Shown here: positions 10,424-23,200 of the stretch, in pieces
Layout: the number at the start of each line of letters is the position of its first letter
How positions within the stretch are numbered: the stretch's first letter is position 1
Assembly (NCBI GenBank): GCA_001600695.1
Contig: BCKQ01000013.1
Location: 250,045-314,044, forward strand
Source: Ascoidea asiatica JCM 7603
Lineage: Eukaryota; Fungi; Ascomycota
Direction of reading: 5' to 3'
DNA length: 64,000 nt
Program-made: the position numbers and the translations under genes
The notes under the pieces: generated by a model
What the model was told of the DNA's origin: nothing
Database searches by the model: none
The model's input: the letters and a program-made list of their open reading frames with translations, nothing else

Positions 10424-13400
10424 GTATTAATAACAGCCTTAATAATGCTCAACTTAAAAATACAATAAATAATATACCTAATAATACAAATATTATTCAA
10501 CCTAATATTAATAATAATCCTGAACCTACAATAGAACCTCAGATTCATAGACTTGACGATTCTCAATTTGAATATGTAGAATCTTCAAAACAAAATAAAT
10601 CTTCAAATCAGGAAGAATTTGATGAATTTGGTAATGAAAATGATGATGACGAAGAAGCTTTTTCTCCTTTATTTATAAAAGCTTTACATGATTTTGATGC
10701 AAATTCTTTACAGACTGATGATTCTGCAATTTGTGTTTCATTTAATGAAAATGATATTGCTTTTGTTTATAATATTCATGAATCTGGTTGGGGTGAAGTA
10801 ACTTTATTAAATTCTTTAACAAAAGGTTGGGTACCAATAAATTATTTTGATCAAGCAATTCAAGAAAATGTAAATTGTAAAACTGCATCTGAAATTGCGG
10901 AATCAAGAATTTATTTAAAACCTTTATTTGCAGCTGCTACAAAATTTATCTTAAATCCACAAGATTATTATAAAGTTAGTGCTGATGCTTTTACTTTTTC
11001 AATAAGTTATATTAATGAAATTAAAGATGGTGTTAGATTATTATTAGAATATACTGATTGTTTATCAAGACAAGCTTCAATTGTTCAAAAAAGACCTTTA
11101 ATAAGAAAAATTAGAAAAGCACTATTAGCTGATTGGTATAATTTAATGACAAAAGCTGAAAAATATAAAGGTACAACAAATGAACAAAAAATTGATTTAT
11201 TAATTTTAATGGTTTTTAAAGTTGTAATTAAATCATTAGCTTTTCTTGAAATTTGGGGTTATGAATTTGATTCAATTAAAAAACAAGAAGAAGAAAATGC
11301 TTTGAATAGATCTACTCCGGTAACAAAAAAAAATCATAAAAGTTCTCCTTCGCCTAATAAAACTTTAACACCTTCTAATAAAAGTACTCCTCGTATAGCT
11401 CTGTCTAGAAGAATTGATGCAAAATCTCGTTTTAGTCCATTGAATCAAACTGTGATTGCATCACCAAGTGATATGAACACAGAACAAACTCAATCTATCC
11501 AAAATCCAACTTCAAAAGAATTAATCAATTCCTCCTTCGACCAGAATCATAAAGATTCCAGAATTCCAGTACCTACTAATCAACTAAGTAATAAGCATAA
11601 AGAGTATAAAACTCCACCTAGAAGTATACTTAAGACAAGGGAAAAAGAAAAAGAAAAGGAATCTCTTGTAGGTCTCGAAGAACCATTCAATGCAAATAGA
11701 AAATCCATTAATCGTAAAAGTCTAAGGAAATCAGCTTCAACACCTAATCCTTTACAGAAGCATGATCGAAGAGTTTCTAAAAGAAAAAGTAAAAACGAAA
11801 AAATTTTATATTTAGATGAAGCTCCAATGGCAAGAGAGAGATTGATTGAAATTAATCATTTATTATTTCAATATCTCAGTTTGATTTTAGGACGATTAGA
11901 TATGATTGAGCATAATAGTACTGGTTGTGATACATTAGAGGTTGTTGTTCACCAAATAATATTGCTTCTTCGAGAAATATTATTTATTGGGAAATCAGCT
12001 ACGAAATTATTAAACTTATCCAATTATTCGTTAGATAGTTCTCTTGACAACTTACTTTCTTTGGTAAGTGAATTGGTTTCTAGTGTTAAGCATTTAGTGA
12101 CTAAAACAATTCTTGAAGATAATTTAACTCCTTTATCACCAACATCTCCACGCACAGTTACCGATCAAGAAGATTTCAATCTGAAAAACAAGCGAAGTAG
12201 TTCTTATTACTATACAGTTGAAGGTGGAAAATTAATTGGAGTTGTAGCAAGGATGATTAGAGCAGTTTCAAATTCTTCTAAGAGTTGTCGATATCTATTG
12301 GATTTATCTGGAGATTTTAGGTTAAATGCAGAACGAAAATATCCTGATTTCCTGAAAATGAAAATTACTCCAAAGGAATTCATTAGAAAATGTTCAATTG
12401 GCCTACTTGAAGCAGGTTCGAGTAGTAGGAACAGTAAAATTAGCACTGGTTCTTCTGACAGTACTAGATTTCTTAATAATCGTCGTTCGATAATTCAAAC
12501 CAGTCCATCTAGTCTGGGTTCCAAGGGAAGAAGAGAATCTTTAAGATATTCAATTGTCCGAGCTGGAACTTCAGGAAAGCTTTCATTAAGTGAAGCAGGA
12601 GCTACTTTACTTCAAGAAGTTTTACCAGAATTTTCTGATTCTTCTCAATTCATGGTAAGGACATCTGGTTTTGAAAGGTATAAGGACTCTCCAAATAGAA
12701 ATAGTGAATACAGGCAGAATGCATTCTCAATTGAAAATGAGATCTTGCTAGATGATAACGGAAATTTACTTGGTGCAACTTTCAGGGCATTGATTTACTT
12801 GCTTGTAAATGAACTAAACAAGCCCGATCATTTTTTTCTATCCACTTTCTTTTTAACTTTTAGAATATACTCTACACCAGCTGACCTTGTTGAGGAATTA
12901 ATCAAAAGATTTGATGTTAATGATGAAGAGAAGGGATTTAGCCCAGATGGCGATGGAGATTATAACTACCAGCCAAACCAACAATATTCAACTTTTGATT
13001 CAAGGATTAAAAACCGAAGAAAATTAATTCTCAATATATTCAAAATATGGCTTGAGAGTTATTGGAGTTATAGCCAAGATTATGTACTCCTTCCTACAAT
13101 TATCAATTTCTTGAATGAAAGTGCAATCTTTTATTTGCCTAGAGAAGTTTATAAAGTGTTAGAAATTTGTGCAAAACTAGCTGCTAATCCTCCTTCAGAA
13201 AATACTGAGTATGTAAATCTTTTTTCGGAAGATCTTCAATTGGTTACAAGAAGAATTGGGCAGCTTAATAAGGATTCGCTCGAAAACAGCTCAATATCCA
13301 ATACATCTGTGATGACTGGAAGTAGTATTAGTACTATGGGTAACGATTTAAGACGAGTGCCTTCTACAAGTTCATCGACAGCTTCCTCTATTAGATCTAA

Positions 13401-14535
13401 TTTACCTTTTTCCTCATGGCTTTCTGGGTCACATTTTTCTTCGATGCTAAGTAAAAATCAGATATTTGCTATTGAGAGACTTATAACTCAATTTAGAAGT
13501 GTTTTAGGTGAGTTATGGTCATCTCAAACTATTGCAGAAACAAACGCTAAAATATATCGTCCTATTGATTTCAAACAGCTACTTAATTCATGGTTTGTGA
13601 TCTGTAAAAAACATGTTGATATTCCAACACCCCTGTCAAAAAATGTTTCTCTTTTAAGTTTCAATTGTATGGAGTTATCAAAACAATTAACCATTGTTGA
13701 ATCTAAAATATTTGTTTCAATAAAGGCTGAAGAGATGTTAAATGAGAACTTTACTCAAAAGAAATTGCATTTGAAAAAAAGTTTGAATGTTGAAAAATCA
13801 ATTTTATTCACTAACTTATTGTCTGAATATGTGGTTGAAACAGTATTGCAAGAAAACATCTCTTTTAAAACTCGTGTGTCAAATTTAAAGTATTGGGTAA
13901 AGGTTGCTTATTGTTGCCTTATGTTAAGAAACTTCAATTCTTTAGCTGCAATCATGACAACATTGCAGTCGGTATCAGTTAGTAGAATTAATAAGTTGTT
14001 TTCATATTTAAGTCATAAGTATGTCGAACTATTCGATTATCTTATTTCAATCATTAAGCCAGATAAAAACTTTTCTGTTTACAGAAGAAAATTAGGAAAA
14101 TATTTAAATTCAAGAGAGCAAGTTACAAATATTCCATTGGTTCCTTATATCAATTTATTTTTGCATGATGTTATTTTCATCAATGAATGTAATCCTAATC
14201 ATAGAAACGTTGCTGGATATATGAAATTAATTAATTTTGATAAACATTGTAAAATCGTCAAGATCTTAGCTGAGATGGAATATTTTCAAGTAGACTATTC
14301 TTCAAATTTCAATATCAACTCATCCATGAACAATATCAATACAAATAAAAGGGATTCTATATTTTCTTTTTCTGGTTCATTCAGAGATACTTCATATGAT
14401 AAAATAACAATGACCTCAATACCAGCTTTACAAGAATTCATTTTAATCGAACTTTTAATAACTCATATGCTCTATGTAAATGATCCTGATAGGCAATGGA
14501 CTCTAAGTTATGCTGTTCAACCTAAATCTAAATAA
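8677..14535 (+). CDS. BUD5: SH3-RasGEF_N-RasGEF (Cdc25-family) exchange factor, Bud5-like, with a long Asn-rich N-terminus
   Basis: SH3 (ALHDFD..ESGWGE..KGWVPINY), REM (FLSTFFLTFRIYST, IFKIWLESYW), GEF (ELSKQLT, LRNFNSLAAI, VPYINLFLHD, LINFDK). Orthology to BUD5 rather than CDC25 is inferred. Confidence 0.8.
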
Positions 14536-15043
14536 AAAGGTAGTCAGTTTATGAGACTTGAAGCCCTTTTAAAAAAGATTTTGTTCGTTATTTTACTTTT
14601 CAATTCCAATATTTTGTTTTTTTTAAAAATTTGTATTAATTAAACTTTGTATTATTATATTATTTCTCTTTTTATTTGTTATTTTATGGACTACTTTTTA
14701 TCTTTTTTTCTTATTCTCTTTTACACTATTTTATTTTATATATATTGTTTTGTTTTATTTTATTTTGTTTTGTTATTTCTTGAATATGTATTGTTCCTCT
14801 TTTTTGTTTTTCCACTCAATGCAAAATTTTGCACAAAAGTTTAATATCTATTCAATTTCTACATTGTCATCCCAAATTATTACAAATTTTTATTGGATGG
14901 CAATAGTTTCGTTACTATATTCGTTTTAAATGATTTTAGTTCCTTTGTTCCTTTAATATAGTTTTTGTTATATAGTGAGAAATATAATGTTACTAAATAG
15001 TTGTTTACTGAAAGTTAAAGAATCAAAGTTGTAATAGACAAAT

Positions 15044-17212
15044 CTACCATGGGGACTTATCAAGTAATGTGTTCACATCAATGCACTGACAATCCTTTTT
15101 TATTTTAGAGTCAGCATCAATACCAAAAGAAGTTTTTTCTAACCAACCAAAAGCATTTGGTCCCCATGTTGGAATAAAGCACATTCCATATACTGGACAT
15201 TTTTCATTACAATCATAAAAACTTTCCCAATTCAATAGTTCTAATATATTTATGAGTTTTTGATAATTATTTATGAAAATGTGATTATATTTTGATAATA
15301 ATTCCACCTGCTTTCCACTTGAATTTCGTTTATTCAAATAAATATCAATACTTTCAGGGGTATTTTCAAATCCATAAAGATCAATTAAAACATTTTTTGA
15401 AAGATTAAATGTTTCAAAAATATATTTAAATAATTCTTCTGTTATTTTTGAGATTGAACTTAATATCAACAAATCAGATTCAGACTGTAAATTTTTTGTA
15501 GGATGAATATAATCATAAACAGCAATTTTCAATGCATTCGTTTCTCTTTCAGTTAATGAAGGAATATTTGCATCTTGATATCTTCTATAGGTATTAATAG
15601 TATATGTAGATAAATTATAAGTAGTCATATCTAGAATATTAAAAAGTGAATTAATAGAATTATTATCTAAAGTTTGAAAATCATTGAATTCTTTTAATAA
15701 CAAAGGATTTGAATTTGTTATATTTTCAGAATTATTTAAATACTTTTCAAGAATTTCTTTAATAGTTAATAATATTGGACTAAATTTTTCAACAATTCCT
15801 TCAGTAATTATTTGCCAATCAGTTCCATCCCAATAATTTATAAAATCACTATTTTTTTGAAAAATTGTTTCAATTTGATTTCTTATTGCATATTTATGTT
15901 CAATAGGCCAATTAGTATTAATTCTTCTTTTAACAGGATTTGGATCAATATAAGTTCTAGTTAAAGCAGTTGTGAAACCTCTGTAATCAACCTTAATTCT
16001 TTTTTCTTTATTATAATGACGACTTCCAGCTAAGAAATGTTCATAAGAAGTCATTTTACCAAAAATTGTGAAAATTTCATTTCTTTTATCAAGTAAATTA
16101 TTTTGATCTTTAGTAAATTCATTATTTTTGTGATTAATTAAATAATTATTTGAATCTATTGAAGAATCATGATAAATGAAGTCATTTAAAGTATATGACA
16201 TTTCAGGTCTTGGATCATTTTTAATATTCATAAGATTTGATTCTAACATATATTTATCATAATCAATTAATTTCAATTTAGAAGTATCATTAAAATTACA
16301 AACTATCATTTCAAAACCTATTTCAACTCTAATAATTCCATCTAAACCATTGAATTTTTCATTACCCCAATTACATATATCAATTGCATAATCTCTTTCA
16401 TTGATAATTTCTTTATAATCATTTGAATAATAAGATTCATTAGCTAAAATAAGTTGAGTATCTTGAGAACCAGAAGATTCTTTTGAAGCAGCAGCACCAT
16501 CAATAATTAAAATTTTATTTAAATCTTTTAAAGTTTGAAAAACAGTTATAAAAGAATTATTATAAATCCAATCAGGTTCATTACTTTCATAAATTGTATT
16601 TTTATATTTTGAATAATTAGGAGGATATCTTGCAGGAGGTGTACCACCAGGTGGACCAGAATGATAATCTCTTTTATTTGAAATTCTACCACCAAAACCC
16701 ATACCAAACCCATAAGCAAATTCCCAATCAAATGATATCCATTCAGGACTTTCAGGGAAAGTATTATCATTAGGTTTTGCATGATATAATAAAGTACCTT
16801 TTGGTATAAACCCAGTAAAAATAGATAAACCATTTTTATTAATTGTTTGAGATTTTTGTTTTAGAATACCATGAATAGAATTAAAAATTTGAGAAGAATT
16901 TTGAATATCAATATTTTGAGTGAAATTATTATAATTTGAAATATTTAAATTTGAATAATAATTATAATCAAAATTTAAATTTTTACTATATTCATAATTA
17001 TCATTATTATCTACATTTTCAATAAATGAAGGAATAATTTTGTTATTATTGAGTTTTATTGGAACAAATTTTTCATTAAAAGAATATAAGTTCAAAAATA
17101 AACTTATAATAAAAAAAACTTTTAAAATCATTAATTTTGAATTTTTTTTTGAATCATGCTCTTGAATATTTTCAATATTTTGAACATTTTTCTCAGTACT
17201 TAGAAAAACCAT
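15044..17212 (-). CDS. Conserved fungal protein of unknown function, type II membrane or secreted
   Basis: 722-aa ORF with an N-terminal TM. Motifs IFNSIH..LKQ, NGLSIF..IPKGTLLYH, PEWISF, IDGAAASK, DGIIRVEIGFEMIVCNF and a Cys-rich C-terminus (CFIPTW). Confidence 0.75.
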   Translation of the reverse strand: MVFLSTEKNVQNIENIQEHDSKKNSKLMILKVFFIISLFLNLYSFNEKFVPIKLNNNKIIPSFIENVDNNDNYEYSKNLNFDYNYYSNLNISNYNNFTQNIDIQNSSQIFNSIHGILKQKSQTINKNGLSIFTGFIPKGTLLYHAKPNDNTFPESPEWISFDWEFAYGFGMGFGGRISNKRDYHSGPPGGTPPARYPPNYSKYKNTIYESNEPDWIYNNSFITVFQTLKDLNKILIIDGAAASKESSGSQDTQLILANESYYSNDYKEIINERDYAIDICNWGNEKFNGLDGIIRVEIGFEMIVCNFNDTSKLKLIDYDKYMLESNLMNIKNDPRPEMSYTLNDFIYHDSSIDSNNYLINHKNNEFTKDQNNLLDKRNEIFTIFGKMTSYEHFLAGSRHYNKEKRIKVDYRGFTTALTRTYIDPNPVKRRINTNWPIEHKYAIRNQIETIFQKNSDFINYWDGTDWQIITEGIVEKFSPILLTIKEILEKYLNNSENITNSNPLLLKEFNDFQTLDNNSINSLFNILDMTTYNLSTYTINTYRRYQDANIPSLTERETNALKIAVYDYIHPTKNLQSESDLLILSSISKITEELFKYIFETFNLSKNVLIDLYGFENTPESIDIYLNKRNSSGKQVELLSKYNHIFINNYQKLINILELLNWESFYDCNEKCPVYGMCFIPTWGPNAFGWLEKTSFGIDADSKIKKDCQCIDVNTLLDKSPW

Positions 17213-18607
17213 TTGAATATTATTGATATCTTTAGTAAAAACTGATAAAGTTGAAAATTATTGATAAAATTCATTAATTAAATAAATATATATAAATGTA
17301 TATGAGTATATATATAAAAATCAAAAAGGTTCATATGAATACTAATGATATTGTCTTTGAAAGTTGATTGAATTCAAAATTAATTAATTATAAATTAAGA
17401 GACTAATTAAAAATCAAGGCATTTTTTTCTTAATGTTTTTTTAAGACAAAAATTTAAAGTCAAAATTTAAGGATCATTATTTAAATTTGAATTTGAATTA
17501 AATTTATAAACGAACCCAAATTTAATAAGAACATAGGAAGGAAACTTGGCTCAAAAAAGACATTTTTTTTTGGATCATTTAATAATAAAATTTAATAAGT
17601 TTAATAAATGTAATGTATAGACATTTATATAAAGTGAATAATTCTCTTGGACTCACATTTTGCAGGTTCTTAAGATTAGTTTTTAAATTAAATTGTGGTA
17701 ATTTTAATTGACCAGGTAAAAGATAGTGAAATTGTTAACTTTAAGACTATCAATTAGGAGAACTTAACAAACGAGATAGACATTAAAAGGATTATGAACT
17801 TAATGAACATTGTGGAGTTGATAGACATTAATTAGTTGATAAATTGATAAATAATAATTGATACTTGATAAATAATAATTAATAAATAATACTAAACAAT
17901 AATCAATAATCAATAATTGATGAAGACATAAAATTGTGGTGGGTGAGGACAAGAAATTGAAATATATTCACGTTTAGACCAAGGCGAGTGAACCAAACTT
18001 CTTTTCTCAACTGGGTCTTGGCTTTTGTCTGTCCCACAGGGTCTGATCACCTGACATGTAGTCGGATGTTGTTTTGTAAATATTACCGTAATAGCATGAA
18101 CACAGTGTCCCACATATATAAGCCTTGTGCATTGCCTGTTTAGGTGTGGTCTTATTAAATTACTCTTTTGGGAAAATAAAAAAAGGTTTTGAGCCAAGAC
18201 CAGAGTTTTTCCGAAAGAGGGCTGCAAATAAGGTCTCGGACTAGAAATGTTTTTTTAGGACAGCCGGCGACCACCGAGAAGAACAGTACCCGACTTTAAT
18301 CAACGGATCTCAATCAACGGACTTCAATCGACGAAGCTTAACGAATGTAAACGAACAAGAAACTAAAAATAATGAAATTTGCAGACCCGATCAGAAACAT
18401 AAATACAGCGATTGGGTCACTTTGAAAAAACTCGAACATTTTTCATTTATTTACAAAGGGTCTATTTAATAGTACTAGTAACGATATTACTCTAAAGGCT
18501 TTTTTTAATTTGAAAATAAATACATGAAAAGAATATAAATTAATTAGATTATTAAAATATTTAATTATTTATGAATGAATAGTTACTTTAGTTACTTTAG
18601 TTTAAAA

Positions 18608-19831
18608 TTAAAAATTTGCAGAAAGACGATTTGCAACAGATTGAATAAATTCTTCAGTTGTAACATAACTTGAACGATCAGTTTTACCTTGAACTAAAGC
18701 TAAATCTTTAGTCATAATACCATCAATTTGAACAGTATCAATAGTTGCTTTTTCTAATAATTCACCAAATTTAACAACATCAGGAGTTTGATCTAATTTA
18801 CCTCTTTGAATAATACCTCTTGTCCAAGCAAAAATACTTGCAATTGAATTTGTTGAAGTTTCTTCACCTAATTGATGTCTTCTATAATGTCTTGTTACAG
18901 TACCATGAGCAGCTTCAGCTTCAAAAGTTTTACCATCTGGAGTTACTAAAACTGAAGTCATTAAACCTAAAGAACCAAAACCTTGAGCAACAATATCAGA
19001 TTGAACATCACCATCATAATTTTTCATAGCAATAATAAAACCACCTTTTGATTTTATCATTTGTGCAACCATATCATCAATTAATCTATGTTCATACCAA
19101 ATTCCAGAATCTTTAAAAAGTTTTGAATATTTTGTATCATAAATATTTTGAAAAATATCTTTAAATCTACCATCATATTTTTTTAAAATTGTATTTTTTG
19201 TTGACATATATAAAGGTAATTTTCTTTCTAAAGCTAATTTAAAAGAAGCTTCTGCAAAACCAGTAATTGATTCATCAGTATTATACATTGATAAAGCAAC
19301 ACCAGAAGAAGTATAATTATAAACAGGAATTTCCATAATTTTTGAACCATCTTTTGGAGTAAAAACTAATTTTAATTCACCAGGACCTGGTATTAAAGTA
19401 TCAGTTGCTTTATATTGATCACCAAAAGCATGTCTACCAATAATAATTGGTTTATCCCATTGTGGTACAATTCTTGGAATATTTGGTATAACAATTGGTT
19501 CTCTAAATACAGTACCACCTAAGATATTTCTAATTGTACCATTTGGACTTAACCACATTTTTTTTAAATTAAATTCTTTAACTCTTTGTTCATCAGGAGT
19601 TATAGTTGCACATTTTACACCAACTTGATATTTTAAAATTGCATTTGAAGCATCAATTGTAACTTGATCATTTGTTTGATCTCTATATTCAATACCTAAA
19701 TCAAAATATTTTAAATCAATATTTAAATATGGTAAAATTAATAAATCTTTAATTAATTTCCAGATAATTCTGGTCATTTCATCACCATCCAATTCAACTA
19801 TTGGATTTTTAACAGTAATTTTTTCAACCAT
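18608..19831 (-). CDS. IDP2: NADP-dependent isocitrate dehydrogenase, non-mitochondrial
   Basis: [43 protein letters not shown]. No presequence. Neighbour of DPH5, as IDP2 is in S. cerevisiae. Confidence 0.95.
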   Translation of the reverse strand: MVEKITVKNPIVELDGDEMTRIIWKLIKDLLILPYLNIDLKYFDLGIEYRDQTNDQVTIDASNAILKYQVGVKCATITPDEQRVKEFNLKKMWLSPNGTIRNILGGTVFREPIVIPNIPRIVPQWDKPIIIGRHAFGDQYKATDTLIPGPGELKLVFTPKDGSKIMEIPVYNYTSSGVALSMYNTDESITGFAEASFKLALERKLPLYMSTKNTILKKYDGRFKDIFQNIYDTKYSKLFKDSGIWYEHRLIDDMVAQMIKSKGGFIIAMKNYDGDVQSDIVAQGFGSLGLMTSVLVTPDGKTFEAEAAHGTVTRHYRRHQLGEETSTNSIASIFAWTRGIIQRGKLDQTPDVVKFGELLEKATIDTVQIDGIMTKDLALVQGKTDRSSYVTTEEFIQSVANRLSANF

Positions 19832-20339
19832 TTTTAGAATTTAATTTAATTTAATAAGTAATATGTATGCATAAGAGATTATTAATATTTATAATGAATA
19901 TAAATATATGTGTATATATATGAAGATGATATTGATATAGAAAATGATATTGAGATATATATATTAACTAATATCTAATAAGTGATAAGTGATAAGTGAT
20001 AAGTAATAAGAAAAGGGAAATAAAAGTGAAAAGTTTTGTAAAGGATTATTGAGAATATTTATATTTATATTTATATTTATAATATATTTATCAAAAAAAG
20101 CAAAAAATAAAAGATACGGATTGCAGTTACAGTGGAGATAAACGAGTAAAAGTAAATCTTACATTATTTAACCTTTAAATATTTGAATATTTGAATTTTT
20201 GGATCTTTGAATAAATTTTAATGGTGATTTTAATGATAGTTTTGGTGGTAGTTTTGCATTTATTTTCATTTCTTATTTCAGTTTAAGCAAAATTCAACTC
20301 AACTCAATTCTTTTTCTTTTTCTTTTTCTGTTTATTTTT

Positions 20340-21200
20340 ATTCTGCCAATCTCTCGAGCGTCGACTTCTCCCGTTTCCAGCGGTAAAAAGAGGTGTGTGT
20401 AGCAGCTCTGGGAAACTGGCAACTGGCAACTGGCAAATCTCTTCACGCTGTGCTTCGACCCCGGCTCCATCATCGGCATTGTATTGTTTTGTGTGAGTGT
20501 CCCGATCATTGCAGGGCTGCAACTTGTTTCTTCACATGTCCCTTTGTCGGATCTGTAAGCACATAAACAAACCGTTTCCCTTCCTCGGACTCCCCGCTGC
20601 GCAGTAAAAGCACTAAAACCGCTAAAGGCATCGGATTTCGGACCGTGTCGACCAGATCAGCCAGGGTAATTGGCCCATTTCCAGGGGTGCGAGAGATGTC
20701 TAGTGTCACATGACACCTGCAGAGCTGGCGGTTTTGCTGCCGTGTTTCTGTTACTCTGCTTAGTAATGGAGCTGCCTGGGCCTTCCTCTGAGTTTCTCTC
20801 CGGTGTTTTTGGAAATTTACCCGAGCAGCACTCCAGTAGTTTGCATCCACAAAGCTGGTGTCGGCCTGGCTACCTCGCTACTTCGCTGCTTCCAGCCTTG
20901 GCTCCAATTAACCTTATCAACAAGACCTTGGTAACAGCCTGAGAAGTCTTAGCGGAACTCCCCACCCTAACAAGCCTAACAAGCCTAACACCGACCACCA
21001 TATGAACTAACGTTACCGCCGCTGCTTTTGCTTCGTTTCTTTTTTCTTCTAACGTGTCTGGTTTCATTTCGATTATTTCTGTTAATTGCAACGGTTGTCA
21101 ATTAATTTTTCTTTCGCACACCACATTTCTACCCCAGAACAGCACTTCACTATAAATGGGCCACCCCATCTTTGAATCGGGTTTGAATCCAGGTTTGTGG
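20340..21200. promoter_or_regulatory. Long GC-rich upstream region of IDP2
   Basis: Visibly GC-rich block with many CGG/CCG triplets, GTCACATGAC near 20705 and TTACCCG near 20817. The overlapping short ORFs lack host codon usage. Confidence 0.45.
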
Positions 21201-21266
21201 GTCCTGATCTATTTATTAATACACAATTACTATTATTATTTACTATTATTATTGTTGTTATTATAA

Positions 21267-22136
21267 TCAATTATCAATAATTTCCAATTTTTGATCATCA
21301 ATAACATCTTGTTTAAATTTTTCTTTATCTTCACAAAATGGATATAAATATTCTAATTCTAAATCATGAACTTGTTTACCTAACATAACTAATGAATGTA
21401 ATGGTTTACCAGATTCATATTCACTTAATTCTTTTAATGTACCAGCTTTAAAACATTCTTCATCTGATCCTAATCTAGAAACTCCAATACATGGTGTATT
21501 TTCATTATAACAATTTTCATTTCTATTTTCTTCAATTTCAATCATTTGTTTGGCACATTCTTCAATACTCATATATCTTGGATCTTCATAAATTTTATTA
21601 CCTCTCATAATATTCTCAATTGTTTGTTCTTTAACTTTAATATCTAATAAAATTAAAGTATGTAATCCAATTTTTCTATTTTCTTTAATTTTATCATACC
21701 ATGAATCTGGTCTCCAATTTTCTGTAAAAAAAACCATAGAAATAGTTTGACCAAATTTATATAATTGTAATCCACATGCTCCAATACCATTCATAATTGA
21801 TGCATTATGAATAGTTTTAACTTTAATATTTAATTCTCTAGCTCTAATAATTAAATCTGTATGAGTTGTAGCTCCAAATGGATCTCCAACAACTAAAAAT
21901 CCAATATCTTCTTTATCTCCATTTTTTAAAATTTCATCTGATTCACTCTCCACCATATCTCTATCTGCCAATATTATTTCTTTATTATAATATTTTTCTA
22001 ATCCTTTTTTATTCGTTGACATTAAAATACTTGTGTATCCTTCAAGATAAACTCTTTTACATTTCTTAACTGCTTCAAGTCCACGTACTGTTATATCCTT
22101 TTCATGAGCTAATCCTAATCCAATAACATACAACAT
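21267..22136 (-). CDS. DPH5: Diphthine methyl ester synthase
   Basis: [53 protein letters not shown]. Confidence 0.97.
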   Translation of the reverse strand: MLYVIGLGLAHEKDITVRGLEAVKKCKRVYLEGYTSILMSTNKKGLEKYYNKEIILADRDMVESESDEILKNGDKEDIGFLVVGDPFGATTHTDLIIRARELNIKVKTIHNASIMNGIGACGLQLYKFGQTISMVFFTENWRPDSWYDKIKENRKIGLHTLILLDIKVKEQTIENIMRGNKIYEDPRYMSIEECAKQMIEIEENRNENCYNENTPCIGVSRLGSDEECFKAGTLKELSEYESGKPLHSLVMLGKQVHDLELEYLYPFCEDKEKFKQDVIDDQKLEIIDN

Positions 22137-23200
22137 TTTATCTCCCTTTTATTATTCCACTCTTCTCCTTTCAATCAATATAATCCACTTCAATTCACTT
22201 CAATTCACTTCAATTCAATATTTTTTTTTAAATGATTAATCAATTTCTCATATTCATTTATAGCTTAACTTCAATGAAAATAAAAAAATTTATAAATTGA
22301 ATTCCGGCCAATATCTCACATGACTAGTTTCGACCTTGTCCCATTTTATCCTAAACATCTAATTCTTTTCTGCACTTAATGCCCTCTACTCTTGCCCTAA
22401 ATATCTCCCACATCGCTGTTTGATCCAATTCTGAGACACGAAAATTTTATTTTTTTTCAAATTTTCAATAATTTTTTAATAATTTTTCAAACTTTTCCGA
22501 ATTTTTCAATTTATTTTCCAATAATCTCATAAACTTTTCCAATATTTTTATAAAAAAAAAAACTTTCCAAATCCTTTTCCAGAACTTTCAAATTAAAAAT
22601 ATTATTATTTTCAAAAAAAATTTCTCTTTTCTTAATCACAGTACAAAATGTACTCTTCATTTAATGATCTAATGACCAAAAAATGCCTTCTTAAATTTTG
22701 TTTCAATCATATTCAAATCTTTCATTTAATTCTCATTTAATTTTCATTAAATTTTCATTAAATCTTCATTAAATCTTTATTGATTTTCAACTTTACGTAA
22801 TTTTAATTAATCTTTTTAAATTTTATTATGATTTTATGATGAATATGAAAAGAAATTTTTGGTAACTTCCCAAAAATTTCTCTTTATTTTTTTTCATTTT
22901 TTTATTCTACTTTCTTTATTCGATCATTTTATCTAACGTTCATTCATTCGTTCTTTCTTTCTCTTTCTCTTTCTCTTTCTTTTGTCTTTTTTGTCTCTTT
23001 TTTGGAAAGATTTATTTATTTATTTAAACCCGTTTAAATTTAATTAATTCTATTATCTTTTTTAGAACCTCATTTCAATACATTATTACTATTACTATAA
23101 TTACTAATATTATTACCATTATTATCATTATTGTTATTAATTTAAGTAATACGTAATAATTCTATTTGAAATTTTCAAATCAAATGTTAAAAAATATTAT

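Noticed and set aside
18590-18620. Cryptic PTS1 on IDP2 by stop readthrough
   Set aside because: TAA is followed by TTT TAA, so no SKL-like end is formed. The native -ANF end is non-canonical.
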